Assembly: GCA_964016885.1 (NCBI GenBank)
Contig: OZ024747.1
Location: 84,940,001-85,004,000, forward strand
Source of the DNA: Eledone cirrhosa
Taxonomy: Eukaryota
DNA: 64,000 nt
Reading direction: 5' to 3'
Part shown: positions 42,301 through 56,624 of the stretch, in pieces
How the letters are laid out: every line of letters starts with the position of its first letter
How positions within the stretch are numbered: the first letter of the stretch is position 1
Position numbers and translations under genes: made by a program
Notes under the pieces: generated by a model
Told to the model about the DNA's origin: nothing
What the model saw: only the letters and a program-made list of their open reading frames with translations
The model's database searches: none

Positions 42301-42462
42301 CATGTGGTTTATTCTTTGGAGTTATTTACGATTTCATGGATAGGGCGTAAGAATAGGAAATTCCCACTGAACACACACACACATATATATATATGATTTC
42401 TAAAGAATGAAACAGTTCTAGTCCTGTAGAATCTCATCTATATTAAAACTTTTATACTCTGC

Positions 42463-42496
<34 letters not shown>

Positions 42497-42574
42497 AGTT
42501 TATCCCGCGTTCAATCGGGAGTAACCACAGTAAGTAAGGTACTCAATACAAAGCAGAGTATAAATATTTAGTAT

Positions 42575-43254
<680 letters not shown>

Positions 43255-43351
43255 TTCATATATATATATATATAATAAATTAGACAATTATCAAAGTTTT
43301 GTTCAAATCATTTAATAGCTGACATTTAATACATAACTATAAATAGTATTA

Positions 43352-43640
43352 TTGGACGCCATGCTTGACGCATAGAGTTACGTCCCTTTACGGACTGAGT
43401 TCAAATCCCGCCGAGGTTAACTTTACCTTTCATCCTTACGGGGTCGATAAAATAAAGTACCAGTAATGTACTGGGATAATTGCGGGCCTTGTGCCAAAAG
43501 TAGAAACAATTATTATTATTACTATTCCGCCGAGGTCAACTTTGCCTTCATCCTTACGGGGTCGATAAAATAAAGTACCAGTAATGTACTGGGTAATTGC
43601 TGGCCTTGTGCCAAAAGTAGAAACAATTATTGTTATTATT
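43352..43640 (+). mobile_element. Two tandem 5'-truncated family A SINEs
   Basis: 43352-43520 and 43527-43640, each ending AGAAACAATTATT. Confidence 0.88.
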
Positions 43641-43756
43641 ATATATATATATATATATATTTAAAAGTTAAACAAGGTTCAATGAATACATCAAAGAATG
43701 AGTTTTACAATAGATTGGAAGCACTCAACTGAAGGTTTTCCAGAGTTATTAATATT

Positions 43757-44036
43757 AATTCAAAATATTAACAAAATAGATATTCTTGTGATCAATTATA
43801 TTTTATTATACATATTTCAGAGGTACTGAGTTAAGTTCAACAGTACGTCCTCATCAGATAAAATAAAATGATGCATGACATACTCTGACATAGTAGATGG
43901 TTAAGATTCAGTCATGGTAGTCATGACTGAATCATCTGATGAGGACGTACTGTTGAACTTAACTCAGTACCTCTGAAATATGTAAAATAAAATATAATTG
44001 ATTACAAGAATATCTATTTTGTTAATATTTTGAATT
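43757..44036. ncRNA. Fold-back pair of H1 hammerheads (43800-43864 minus, 43934-43993 plus)
   Basis: ATTTTAT-CTGATGA-GGA.GTACTG..CAGTAC.TCT-GAAA-TATGTA-TA-ATAAAAT. The plus copy starts at the core and has a mutated cleavage triplet. Confidence 0.85.
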
Positions 44037-44319
44037 TATATATATATATGTGTGTCATCAAATGTTGTACACACATAGATATTTTTTCAATTTCCAATTG
44101 AGTTCTTAGCACGTGTCCTGAATTCCTTTCAGAGTTCATTGTCACGCGCATGTATTGTTTTTTTTTTGGCGGTAATTCACTTCCTCATTTTTTGAATCAG
44201 TTCGAGCACTTCTTTCAGAACTACTGGACTGGCAACCTGACAGATACCTCAGGCACAGAAAGTGATTATCGCTAAATGCTGATGCTGGTTAGATTATCAA
44301 TATTAGTATTATTGGGGCA

Positions 44320-44446
44320 CCCACTGATGAATTATAGGAGCCCACTTGAATATATATCTATTGATGATATACAAGCTCCTACATAAATTGGTATAATTTC
44401 ACCCAAATTGTAGGAATCCTATAATGAAACGAGACGTCCGTCTGGG
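44320..44446 (+). ncRNA. Type I hammerhead motif with ~77-nt stem II insertion
   Basis: CCCA-CTGATGA(44324)-ATTATAGGA...TCCTATAAT-GAAA-CG(AGACGTC)CG-TC-TGGG. Confidence 0.8.
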
Positions 44447-44899
44447 AAGAGATATATTAGATATGTCTCATTTGAAATAATACAGCCAATTTTCCACGCA
44501 ATACTTTTAGTTAGCACCCCGAACACATAATTGGGAATATAATCACTTATTTCCTAATGTTTGTTGAGTGAGTTGGAATTTGGCCGGAGTATCGCTAAAA
44601 AGCTTTCTCCGATATTGTATTTATTATATATATATATATATATACATTCAGTAGATAAGGATGCAATTCACTTCTAGCACTCGACGTCATATTATTTCTT
44701 AAAAACAAGGATCACTGATCATATATATATATATTGGTGCTCTGAAATACCGATGTATACATGAATATATGTATAGTATATTTAATATATATATATATAT
44801 ATAAAGAGGAAAATAAGAAGTTGAAAATGTTAAAGTCCTTTATTAATTGAGCTGTTATACATATTTCCATGACGATAGATATTGTGATTTCTTCACACA

Positions 44900-44942
<43 letters not shown>

Positions 44943-44957
44943 CATATATATATATAT

Positions 44958-45014
<57 letters not shown>

Positions 45015-45019
45015 CATAC

Positions 45020-45054
<35 letters not shown>

Positions 45055-45055
45055 C

Positions 45056-45147
<92 letters not shown>

Positions 45148-45163
45148 GTATATATATATATAA

Positions 45164-45321
<158 letters not shown>

Positions 45322-46494
45322 GTCTGTGTGTGTGTGTATAGACAGGCAGACAGACAGATAGTTGAATACAATCTAGAATGAAGGTGAAAGAGATAGCTGG
45401 CTAAATAGATTGAGAGAAAGAGAGAAAGCAAAGCCTCAACCCATTCTCAGATATTGATACACTTACAGAATGTCGATTGGAAATGATAAAAGACATTTCC
45501 CCGCTCACCATTTCAATGCTTCAAAGTTATCAGTTTACTTACACATCTCAGTATTGATACAGCTAAATAATAATGGTTTGGTGTTACTGTGTTGAAACAG
45601 CACGCTTACTCTACCCGGTTCGTGAATGAGGTGAAACACATCACTTTTGTTAGTCACCAATAAAAGAGCACTAGTTCGTTTTTTTTCTTTCTTCCAAACC
45701 TTCAGAAGATTTCATTCATGCTGTTTGTTCTAGAACTTCCCTCCCCCCACTCCCGTTACAATTAACAACCATCTAGCTTTGATCAATACTCTTCTTTTTT
45801 TTTATCTTCACGTTAAAATGCATTTAATCTCTTGTTGGTTATTGTGTAGCCTGAATCGGTTTTGATCGAGTAGAAAGATATGTGACATGAGCAACCAATT
45901 GCATATATAAGATCAACCCTCGGCTCTTATATGTGTAGCTGCTGTATTGCACAATATAAGCAGCTACACAGTAATGCTCAGCTGCTCCATGGTTTTCTTA
46001 TTTGGATGTCAACGTGAGTAGTATAGTACTAGAGCATTAATGCTCAAGGTGGCCGCCTTGAGTGAGGACCTAAGATATGCGTATTACTGAACCTTTTATA
46101 GAAATTTGAGTAATCAAATTAAATATTCCTGCGATCAATAAGTAAATCACTAAACATTTTTGCTGTGTAACAGCGTTGTGAAAATATTCCAATTGATATG
46201 AACGGTCCTATAGTGTTATGACATGTGTGATTTAGCGTAGTGAGTGTGGACTGTTTATTTGTTTCAGTCATTAGACTGCGGCCATACTGGGGCACTGCTT
46301 TGAAGATATTTAATCGATCATATTGAGTCCCAGTACACGTAAATACAGACAGGGGTACACACACGCATTCACATACCCCCCCCCCCCATATATATATCGT
46401 CCTATGGACTGAGTTCTCTACTACTACGGATATGACCCTCCAGTGTTCTACTATTATATATATATATATATATATACACACACATATATATATG

Positions 46495-46571
46495 CAGGGT
46501 GTTCCAAAAACGTATACACACTTCAACAGCATGGTAATCGAAGTATGTATATAATTTTTGGGGACACCCAG
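46495..46571. mobile_element. Tc1/mariner-like miniature element
   Basis: CAGGGTGTTCCAAAAACGTATACACACTTC / GAAGTATGTATATAATTTTTGGGGACACCCAG|TA inverted termini. Confidence 0.65.
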
Positions 46572-46646
46572 TATATCTATATCTATATCCATATACATAT
46601 ATATGTGTGTGTGTGTATGTGTGTGTGTGTGTGTGTGCGTGTGCAA

Positions 46647-46811
46647 CGGACTTCTACATAGTTTTCATCTACCAAATTTCACTGGCAAGGCTTTCGTGAA
46701 CCCAAGGTTGTAGTTGAAGACACTCGCTCAAGATGCCACGCAGTGGGATTGAACCCGAAACAACGTTGCTGCGAAGCAAATTTCTTAAACACGCAGCCAT
46801 ACCTGCGCCTA
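46647..46811 (-). mobile_element. tRNA-derived CORE-like SINE family C
   Basis: Minus strand reads AGGCGCAGGTATGGCTGCGTG..GGGTTCAATCCCACTGCGTGGCATCTTGAGCGAGTGTCTTC..GGTAGATGAAAACT. Confidence 0.75.
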
Positions 46812-47867
46812 TTCATGTGTTGGCATTGAAATGTTTGCATATTTCACAATGTGTGCTACCCTAGCGTTATGTCTATGGATGTATTATGTGAGAACTGGAA
46901 AACCGGAAATTTGTATTGATTATATTGACTTCCGCTGACGTCAGTCTCTTGTTTTATAATCTATTTTGATAGGTTGTAATCAATCATTGGCAGAAACGTT
47001 AGAACGTCGGATAGAATGCTTTGCAGTATTCCTTCCGGTTTTCTGTGCTTTCTGAGTTCAAATCCCGCCGAGGTCAATTTTACCTTTCGTCCTTTCGAGA
47101 TCAATAAAAAAGTACAAGTGGAGTACTAGGGTCAGTCCTTCCTCTATATCTCTTTCTCACTTTCTCTCACCCTTTCTTTCCTTCTCTGGAAGAAATCTAC
47201 TATATGCAGACCTGGCGAGAGAGGAAGAGTGTGCTACGTCAGATTTAAAGTGCCTAAGAAACACCGTATCTGACTACGGCGCCATTACAATTCCATCTCT
47301 AGTTACGGGGCTATACATACATTCGATTAATCATTGATCTGTATGGTTAAAATTATTCCAGAGCATTTGAACCCTTTTCGATATTCCATTCGATACTAAT
47401 TTGATTGACAATGATGGATCCTCCGTCGGTTTCGACTATAAGCATTCACTTGTTCGATAAACTGAACGTCTAACATGAATATACGTGTACTTGTCTGAAT
47501 ACCCTAAAGATAGTTCTCAGACGAAATAAGCAGGACACAATCTAATGTAAAGTTCATTGGATCACCATATTGCTTATTCACTTTTTTTCTTTTCGAAATA
47601 CATTGGCTAAAATGTCCGTCTCTTTATTTAAGTCCGACGCAGTATTGGGTTATGTATAGTACGTTGTAATATATTTATTATTCAATTTGCTGGGTTTGTT
47701 TACCACGTTTATTTTGTCGATGTTTTTCTTTTACATAGTGTTATTATTACAGTGTTGTTGAAGTATTTTTACACATCTATCACGACGCTTTCATGACGTC
47801 TGGCACTTGACACAATCATGATACTTTTAAAGATAAATCTTTGAAATATTCGGCCATTTTATATTTT

Positions 47868-47950
<83 letters not shown>

Positions 47951-47976
47951 ATATATATTATTAGGTGGGTAACTTG

Positions 47977-48010
<34 letters not shown>

Positions 48011-48075
48011 TATATATATTTATATATATATAAATATATATATATATAAATATATATATATATGTATATATATAA

Positions 48076-48108
<33 letters not shown>

Positions 48109-48109
48109 A

Positions 48110-48202
<93 letters not shown>

Positions 48203-48203
48203 A

Positions 48204-48236
<33 letters not shown>

Positions 48237-48237
48237 A

Positions 48238-48270
<33 letters not shown>

Positions 48271-48273
48271 TAA

Positions 48274-48308
<35 letters not shown>

Positions 48309-48309
48309 A

Positions 48310-48344
<35 letters not shown>

Positions 48345-48474
48345 AATATATATATATATATGTATAAACATATATATATATATGTATATATATATATAAA
48401 TATATATATATGTATATATATATAAATATATATATATATATGTATATATATATAAATATATATATATATGTATA

Positions 48475-48543
<69 letters not shown>

Positions 48544-48544
48544 G

Positions 48545-48635
<91 letters not shown>

Positions 48636-48638
48636 CTG

Positions 48639-48727
<89 letters not shown>

Positions 48728-48943
48728 ATATTCATATTAAGATTTATAAATATTGTTGTATTTGGAAATATTTCAAGCTTATTTCATAAGTCATTCAAAA
48801 GCTACTCAATCACCTTGATTTATCTATATTCAGTGGAATTCACAACATGAGAGTCCTCGTCGCGAGATTATATTAGAAATGTTCAAGCTAAATGTGCTAA
48901 CACAATTTTCAGTCTTTCAAAATGTTTTCTAGTTTAACAGACA

Positions 48944-49775
48944 TAATTGTTTCTACTTTAGGCACAAGGCCAGCAATTACCCAGTGCATTACTGGTACTT
49001 TATTTTATCGACCCCATAAGGATGAAAGGCAAAGTCAACCTCGGCGGGATTTTAACTCAGATCGTAAAGGGACGTAACTCTGCTGGAAAGCATGGCGTCC
49101 GACCCTCTACCGATACTGCCAATCCACCGCCCTTAGTTTAACAGACATAATGGTTTCTTATAATGGTTGCTAATTTTGGGGAGGGGAAAGTCGATTAAAT
49201 CTACCCCAGTACGATACTGGTGCTGTATTTTATCGACCCCGAAAGGCAAAGTTAACCTCAGCGGGAACTCAGATCATAAAGGGCCGTAACTCTATGCCGC
49301 AAAGCATGTTGCCCGACACTCTACCGATACAGCCAATACGCTGCCCCTTGGTAGGAGAAATAATGGAAACAAATTGATATACTCGTTAATAACAATGGTT
49401 TCTAATTTAGATACAAGGACTGCAATTTGAGGAGAGGGAGTGTCGATTAAATTGACCCCAGTACATTACGGAAAGATAATAGCAAAGTTAACCTCGGCGG
49501 GATTTGAACTCAGTCCGTAAAGGGACGTAACTGTGCTGCAAAGCATGGCGTCCGACCGATACTGCCAATTCACCACCTTTAATAATAATGTCGTCAGCAA
49601 TTTGAAGGGAAGGGAAAAGGCGATTAACTCGGCTCCAGTGTTTTACTGATACTTTATTTTATTGATCCCGTAAAGATGAAAGTCAAAGTGAACTTCGGCG
49701 TGTTTTGAACTCAGAACGTTAAGAGTCAGCTCAAATACTGCAAAGTATTTGTCCAGCAACCGAACGATTCTGTCT
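48944..49775 (-). mobile_element. Cluster of four same-orientation family A SINEs
   Basis: Copies at ~48944-49133 (TSD AGTTTAACAGACATAAT at 48931 and ~49135), 49148-49348, 49392-49578 and 49596-49775. Confidence 0.88.
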
Positions 49776-50304
49776 TAAGAAAATGTAATATTTTAAAATA
49801 TATACATTTTTGTTTAATTTTTGATAGGACTTTAATTTTCAACATCCACACTGTATCAAGAAGATAGGAGTTTATATTTCAACATCCACATTGTATCAAG
49901 AAGATAGGAGTTTATATTTCAACATCCACATTGTATCAAGAACTGTGTGTTTTTGTATGTGCGCGTATGTATGTGTATGTGTGTCAAATATTTAATTCCT
50001 TGAAAGAATGTCACAGTCTAAGGAGAATGAGTAATTATTAAAATGGTAGTTATCATATAGCGAAACTGATAACTCTCTCTGGCTAATTTATAATTATAAT
50101 TATAAAGTTATTAACTCTTCTGACATTCCGATTGTTTTACTAAGTGTATTATAACGATATAAGTAGAGTGAGTAATTAGACTCTTAGGCAACGAATTGGC
50201 TGTCATTAAAAAGTTGGACATCTTTTTTTATGCGGTTTACCTTTCAGATATCTGCGCTCTCTGTTCAAATCCCACTGATGTCAACTTTGCCTTTCATCCC
50301 GGGA

Positions 50305-50525
50305 GCACGTGGGAGTCCTCAAACACTCTTTCCAGCAGGTCCTGTCAGCAGCAACCGTCTCCAACTGATCCAGTTGGATTTTCAAGTGTGACCAGCCAAG
50401 CTCGTGGGTGTTATCCAACCATCTTGCTCGGGGTCTACCCCTGGGTCTCCTGCCGGCTGGTCTGCCCGTAAAATCTGTCCGGCGATTCTTTCCTGAGACA
50501 TTCTAACCACATGCCCATAGTATCA
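50305..50525 (-). pseudogene. RTE-clade LINE 3' fragment (same family as 9920-10345)
   Basis: TGTTATCCAACCATCTTGCTCGGGGT..CCCTGGGTCTCCTGCCGG is shared with 10060-10170. Confidence 0.85.
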
Positions 50526-50735
50526 CCATGAGATGGTGGTGGTGGTGGTGGTGTGGTGGTGGTGGGGTTAAGAAAATACAGTACCATTCAACCTTACATC
50601 CCTTCAAGACTGGTGGACTTGTGACTACATTAGAAACCATTATAAAACTGATATTTCGATTATAAAATCTTTTTACAAGAAATTATGATAGAATTTTTTT
50701 GATAAAATAGCTTTGGGGTTCGGTATCAGGAAAGT

Positions 50736-50772
<37 letters not shown>

Positions 50773-50923
50773 TGCACGCAGACGCACGCACACACGTGTG
50801 TGCGTATGTGCGTGTGTGTGTGTGTGGTCGTGTGCGTGTGCGTGCGCGTGTGCGTTGCGTGCGTGTGTGCGCGTGTGCGCGTGTGCGTGCGTGTGTGCGT
50901 GCGCGCTCGCATGCAAGCATGCG

Positions 50924-53345
50924 CGGGGACATAGAAATAGTCGGGCTGGACACCCGATCGCGCGGTTAAATCACTAGGAGTGAAGGACCCCTAGCCTTTG
51001 TCAGGGCTTTCTTCTAGGAGAAGGCAACTCAGGAAACTGGGGAAACTCCGATATAAAACCTGCGGCTCAGTAGTTACCGATGATGTTGATCTTTTCTTCT
51101 TTTCGAGTTATAGCTACTGTCGCTCAGAGAGTGGATTGGCTCAGTGCACAGTCTATAGCTACTGTCGCTCAGAGAGTGGGATTGGCTCAGTGCACAGTCT
51201 ATAGCTACTGTCGCTCAGAGAGTGGGATTGGCTCAGTGCACAGTCTATAGCTACTGTCGCTCAGAAGAGTGGGATTGGCTCAGTGCACAGTCTATAGCTA
51301 CTGTCGCTCAGAGAGTGGGATTGGCTCAGTGCACAGTCTATAGCTACTGTCGCTCAGAGAGTGGGATTGGCTCAGTGCACAGTCTATAGCTACTGTCGCT
51401 CAGAGAGTGGGATTGGCTCAGTGCACAGTCTATAGCTACTGTCGCTCAGAGTGTGGGATTGGCTCAGTGCACAGTCTATAGCTACTGTCGCTCAGAGTGT
51501 GGGATTGGCTCAGTGCACAGTCTATAGCTACTGTCGCTCAGAGTGTGGGATTGGCTCAGTGCACAGTCTATAGCTACTGTCGCTCAGAGTGTGGGATTGG
51601 CTCAGTGCACAGTCTATAGCTACTGTCGCTCAGAGTGTGGGATTGGCTCAGTGCACAGTCTATAGCTACTGTGGCTCAGAGAGTGGGATTGGCTCAGTGC
51701 ACAGTCTATAGCTACTGTCGCTCAGAGAGTGGGATTGGCTCAGTGCACAGTCTATAGCTACTGTCGCTCAGAGTGTGGGATTGGCTCAGTGCACAGTCTA
51801 TAGCTACTGTCGCTCAGAGAGTGGGATTGGCTAAGTGCACAGTCTATAGCTACTGTCGCTCAGAGTGTGGGATTGGCTCAGTGCACAGTCTATAGCTACT
51901 GTCGCTCAGAGTGTGGGATTGGCTCAGTGCACAGTCTATAGCTACTGTCGCTCAGAGTGTGGGATTGGCTCAGTGCACAGTCTATAGCTACTGTCGCTCA
52001 GAGTGTGGGATTGGCTCAGTGCACAGTCTATAGCTACTGTCGCTCAGAGTGTGGGATTGGCTCAGTGCACAGTCTATAGCTACTGTCTCTCAGAGAGTGG
52101 GATTGGCTCAGTGCACAGTCTATAGCTACTGTCGCTCAGAGAGTGGGATTGGCTCAGTGCACAGTCTATAGCTACTGTCGCTCAGAGAGTGGGATTGGCT
52201 CAGTGCACAGTCTATAGCTACTGTCGCTCAGAGAGTGGGATTGGCTCAGTGCACAGTCTATAGCTACTGTCGCTCAGAGAGTGGGATTGGCTCAGTGCAC
52301 AGTCTATAGCTACTGTCGCTCAGAGTGTGGGATTGGCTCAGTGCACAGTCTATAGCTACTGTCGCTCAGAGAGTGGGATTGGCTCAGTGCACAGTCTATA
52401 GCTACTGTCGCTCAGAGTGTGGGATTGGCTCAGTGCACAGTCTATAGCTACTGTCGCTCAGAGTGTGGGATTGGCTCAGTGCACAGTCTATAGCTACTGT
52501 CGCTCAGAGAGTGGGATTGGCTCAGTGCACAGTCTATAGCTACTGTCGCTCAGAGAGTGGGATTGGCTCAGTGCACAGTCTATAGCTACTGTCGCTCAGA
52601 GAGTGGGATTGGCTCAGTGCACAGTCTATAGCTACTGTCGCTCAGAGTGTGGGATTGGCTCAGTGCACAGTCTATAGCTACTGTCGCTCAGAGAGTGGGA
52701 TTGGCTCAGTGCACAGTCTATAGCTACTGTCGCTCAGAGTGTGGGATTGGCTCAGTGCACAGTCTATAGCTACTGTCGCTCAGAGAGTGGGATTGGCTCA
52801 GTGCACAGTCTATAGCTACTGTCGCTCAGAGAGTGGGATTGGCTCAGTGCACAGTCTATAGCTACTGTCGCTCAGAGAGTGGGATTGGCTCAGTGCACAG
52901 TCTATAGCTACTGTCGCTCAGAGTGTGGGATTGGCTCAGTGCACAGTCTATAGCTACTGTCGCTCAGAGAGTGGGATTGGCTCAGTGCACAGTCTATAGC
53001 TACTGTCGCTCAGAGAGTGGGATTGGCTCAGTGCACAGTCTATAGCTACTGTCGCTCAGAGTGTGGGATTGGCTCAGTGCACAGTCTATAGCTACTGTCG
53101 CTCAGAGAGTGGGATTGGCTCAGTGCACAGTCTATAGCTACTGTCGCTCAGAGTGTGGGATTGGCTCAGTGCACAGTCTATAGCTACTGTCGCTCAGAGA
53201 GTGGGATTGGCTCAGTGCACAGTCTTTCCTCACTTTAAAAAATATCTTCACGCACAGGTATTGCACGATAGAATTAATTAATAATTATTAATAATGTTAT
53301 ATCGTGCAATGGCCATACTCGATAACGAGGGGGCAGCTATCATGT
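50924..53345 (+). mobile_element. Non-autonomous RTE-related element expanded by an internal tandem array
   Basis: Colinear with the inverted compact copy at 55102-55406. Ends GGCCATACTCGATAACGAGGGGGCAGCTATC followed by an (ATGT)n-like tail. Confidence 0.75.
51109..53224 (+). repeat. 46-bp tandem array, 46 copies
   Basis: Unit TATAGCTACTGTCGCTCAGAG(A/T)GTGGGATTGGCTCAGTGCACAGTC. Span 2116 bp = 46 x 46. Confidence 0.95.
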
Positions 53346-53580
53346 GTGTATGTATGTATGTATGTATGTATGTACGTATGTATGTATGTATATATGTATG
53401 TATGTATGTGTGTGTGTGTGTATGTATGTGTGTGAGTATGTCTGTATGTGTGTGTGTATGTCTGTATATATGTATGTATATATGTGTGTATGTATGTATG
53501 AATCTGTGTATGTATGAATGTATGTATATATGTATGTATGTATGTGTGTATGTATGTGTGTATGTGTGTGTGTATGTATG

Positions 53581-53614
<34 letters not shown>

Positions 53615-53657
53615 TGTATGTATGTGTGTATGTATGTATGTATGTATGTATTTATAT

Positions 53658-53865
53658 CTGGAGATCTCTCTGCACTTGTCGTCACATGGTACCATGGGCC
53701 CAGCACTATGTGTCAATAATTGTCACAAGTGTAGTGTTTGTACCAGAGTTTTCAAGTCGCTGGCTGGACTAAAAAGTCACACTCGTTCAGCGCATTGGTA
53801 GGAGTTCTCGTACATGGATATAAAGTAGTGGCCGTACTCGAAAACGAGTTGGCAGCCACCATGTA
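53658..53865 (+). pseudogene. RTE (BovB-like) LINE 3' end with C2H2 finger
   Basis: HKCSVCTRVFKSLAGLKSHTRSAHW*, then GGCCGTACTCGAAAACGAGTTGGCAGCCACC(ATGT)n. Confidence 0.75.
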
Positions 53866-54013
53866 TGTGTGTATGTATGGTCTTCTGATTTAATTTTTAA
53901 ATTTATCACGAGATTCGGTTTCTATACATGGATAAAATGTTACTAATTAAAGAGTAGTAATTATTCAACTTAGTACTCCATACTTTAGAGGAAGTAGAGT
54001 GTGTATCTATCTA

Positions 54014-54162
<149 letters not shown>

Positions 54163-54704
54163 ACATACATGTTCATATGGCGACTATCTGCGTTTATAAT
54201 TGATATAGAATGGAGCCAATAATATATTTTCTAGAATGTGACGTCTCATTGTTCGGTAGATATAGCGGTGCCATAGACGAGACATAATAGTTAAAAATCA
54301 CTCAATTTTTCTAAATTAGTCATCAGTTTCACGAAAAACAAAACGAAAGTTCCCGAAGAAATATAATTACAGATATTTTGGGGATTAATATAAAGAACTT
54401 ATAAATTAATCTTATACAAGCTTTCATACAATTTGACAGTTTTATCTTATCTTGTTTCTACTTTATTGTGATAACAATACTTCGAATTGCCTACATTTTT
54501 TGTAGTTTCCTGCTAGGATATCAAAGCGACAAATTGGAGTCGTAAGAACGTTGGATAGAATCCTTTGCGGTTTAGGTTTCAGCTCTTTGAGCTCTCTGAG
54601 TTCAAATCCCAGAGTCAACTTTGTTTTTCACTCTTTCGAGATCGCTAAAAAAAATTTTCGGTTCGGTACTGGGATCGATTCTTTATAATAGACTTTTTAA
54701 AAAT

Positions 54705-54828
54705 TTATATTGAAATGATTTCTACAGGATTAGAACTATTTCATTAGTATGAAAGTATGAAATCATCATTCCTGATGATTTCATACGAATGAAACAGTTC
54801 TAATCCTGTAGAAGTCATTTCAATATAA
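54705..54828. ncRNA. Palindromic H2-family hammerhead locus, with an inverted duplicate at 55628-55720
   Basis: Apex ATCATCA-TTC-CTGATGA (core at 54772), then T-TTC(ATAC)GAA-T-GAAA-CAG(TTCTAATC)CTG-TA-GAA. Confidence 0.78.
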
Positions 54829-54855
54829 TACACACACACCCACACATACACGCAC

Positions 54856-54947
<92 letters not shown>

Positions 54948-55101
54948 ACACATATATATATATATATATATAATGGAAAAATTTGAACAGGGACAAAACA
55001 GAGAGGCAGTACAACGAATGTTTATTAATTTCACGCTCTGGAGAGTGGGGTGTTGATATGTGTGTGTGTGTATATATATATCTGTATATATATATATATA
55101 A

Positions 55102-55406
55102 GATGACTGCCCCCTCGTTATCGAGTATGGCCATTGCACGATTATACCATTATTAATAATTATTAATTAATTCTATCGTGCAATGCCTGTGCGTGAAGAT
55201 ATTTTTTAAAGTGAGGAAAGACTGTGCACTGAGCCAATCCCACTCTCTGAGCGACAGTAGCTATAACCCGAAAAGAAGAAAACATCAACCTCATCGGTAA
55301 CTACTGAGCCGCAGGTTTTATATCGGAGTTATCCCAGTTTCCTGAGTTGCCTTCTGTGGTTTAACCGCGCGATCGGGTGTCCAGCCCGACTATTTCTATG
55401 TCCCCG
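55102..55406 (-). mobile_element. Compact copy of the non-autonomous RTE-related element (single 46-bp unit)
   Basis: Reverse complement of 50924-51155 plus 53225-53345, with a ~45-bp deletion. A 3'-end-only copy lies at 22471-22510. Confidence 0.8.
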
Positions 55407-55560
55407 TACACCCATGTATATACACTTATACATATACATACATATGTACATGTGTATATACATATTTACACTTTTGGATGGCCGTTGACTCTTATGAGTT
55501 CTTATATATATATAATAGGAAATCATTTCCATATAACACACACACATATATGTGTGTGTG

Positions 55561-55633
<73 letters not shown>

Positions 55634-55792
55634 GAAATGATTTCTACAGGGCTAGACCTTTTTCATTCGTATGAAATCATCAGGTATGATGATTTTATAC
55701 TTTCATTCTAATAAAAAGTTAGAAATACGCTGAAATAATTTGTTTACACTATAACTCATTATCATTTTTCTTTTCAAACGAATTTTTTTGTT

Positions 55793-56422
55793 TGTTGGTG
55801 TATAACTACATAGCTCCAGCTACGGTAACTGTGTGTTGGTGTATAACCCCCATAGCTCCAGCTACGGTAACTGTGTGTTGGTGTATAACCCCCATAGCTC
55901 CAGCTACGGTAACTGTGTGTTGGTGTATAACCCCCATAGCTCCAGCTACGGTAACTGTGTGTTGGTGTATAACCCCCATAGCTCCAGCTACGATATCTGT
56001 GTGTTGGTGTATGACCTCCAGAGCTCCAGCTGTACTACTGTAACTGTGTGTTGGTGTATAACCCCCATACCTCCAGCTGCACTACCGTAACTGTGTGTTG
56101 GTGTATAACCCCCATATCTCCAGCTGCACTACCGTAACTGTGTGTTGGTGTATAACCCCCATAGCTCCAGCTGCACTACGGTAACTGTGTGTTGGTGTAT
56201 AACCCCCATAGCTCCAACTGCACTACGGTAACTGTGTGTTGGTGTATAATCCCCATACCTCCAGCTCCAGCTACCGTAACTGTGTGTTGGTGTATAACCC
56301 CCATAGCTCCAACTGCACTACCGTAACTGTGGGTTGGTGTATAACCCCCATACCTCCAGCTGCACTACCGTAACTGTGTGTTGGTGTATAACCCCCATAG
56401 CTCCAACTGCACTACGGTAACT
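55793..56422 (+). repeat. 42/47-bp minisatellite (~14 copies)
   Basis: GTGTTGGTGTATAACCCCCATAGCTCCAG(CTGCA)CTAC(G/C)GTAACTGT. Confidence 0.92.
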
Positions 56423-56624
56423 GACGCAAACTACACTTTCAATTAATTAAATTAATTGCTTTCTGGTAATCAGTAATGCTAAATATGATATGAAATTAAA
56501 AAACAAAGGCTTTAAAATGGAATAAATGGACCGGACTGTAACAATTTCCTCCTCCTCCCCCACTTATATCTACAGTATTGTGTAATTGTAGGCATCCGTT
56601 TGCTGTCACTTATAAGTATGTGTA

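Noticed and set aside
51109-53224. CRISPR-like regular array
   Set aside because: There are no unique spacers and no cas genes, and the context is eukaryotic. It is a plain 46-bp tandem repeat.
53720-53801. Host C2H2 zinc-finger gene exon
   Set aside because: It is a single finger followed directly by a stop, a LINE-type 3' hairpin and an (ATGT)n tail, which fits an RTE C-terminus.
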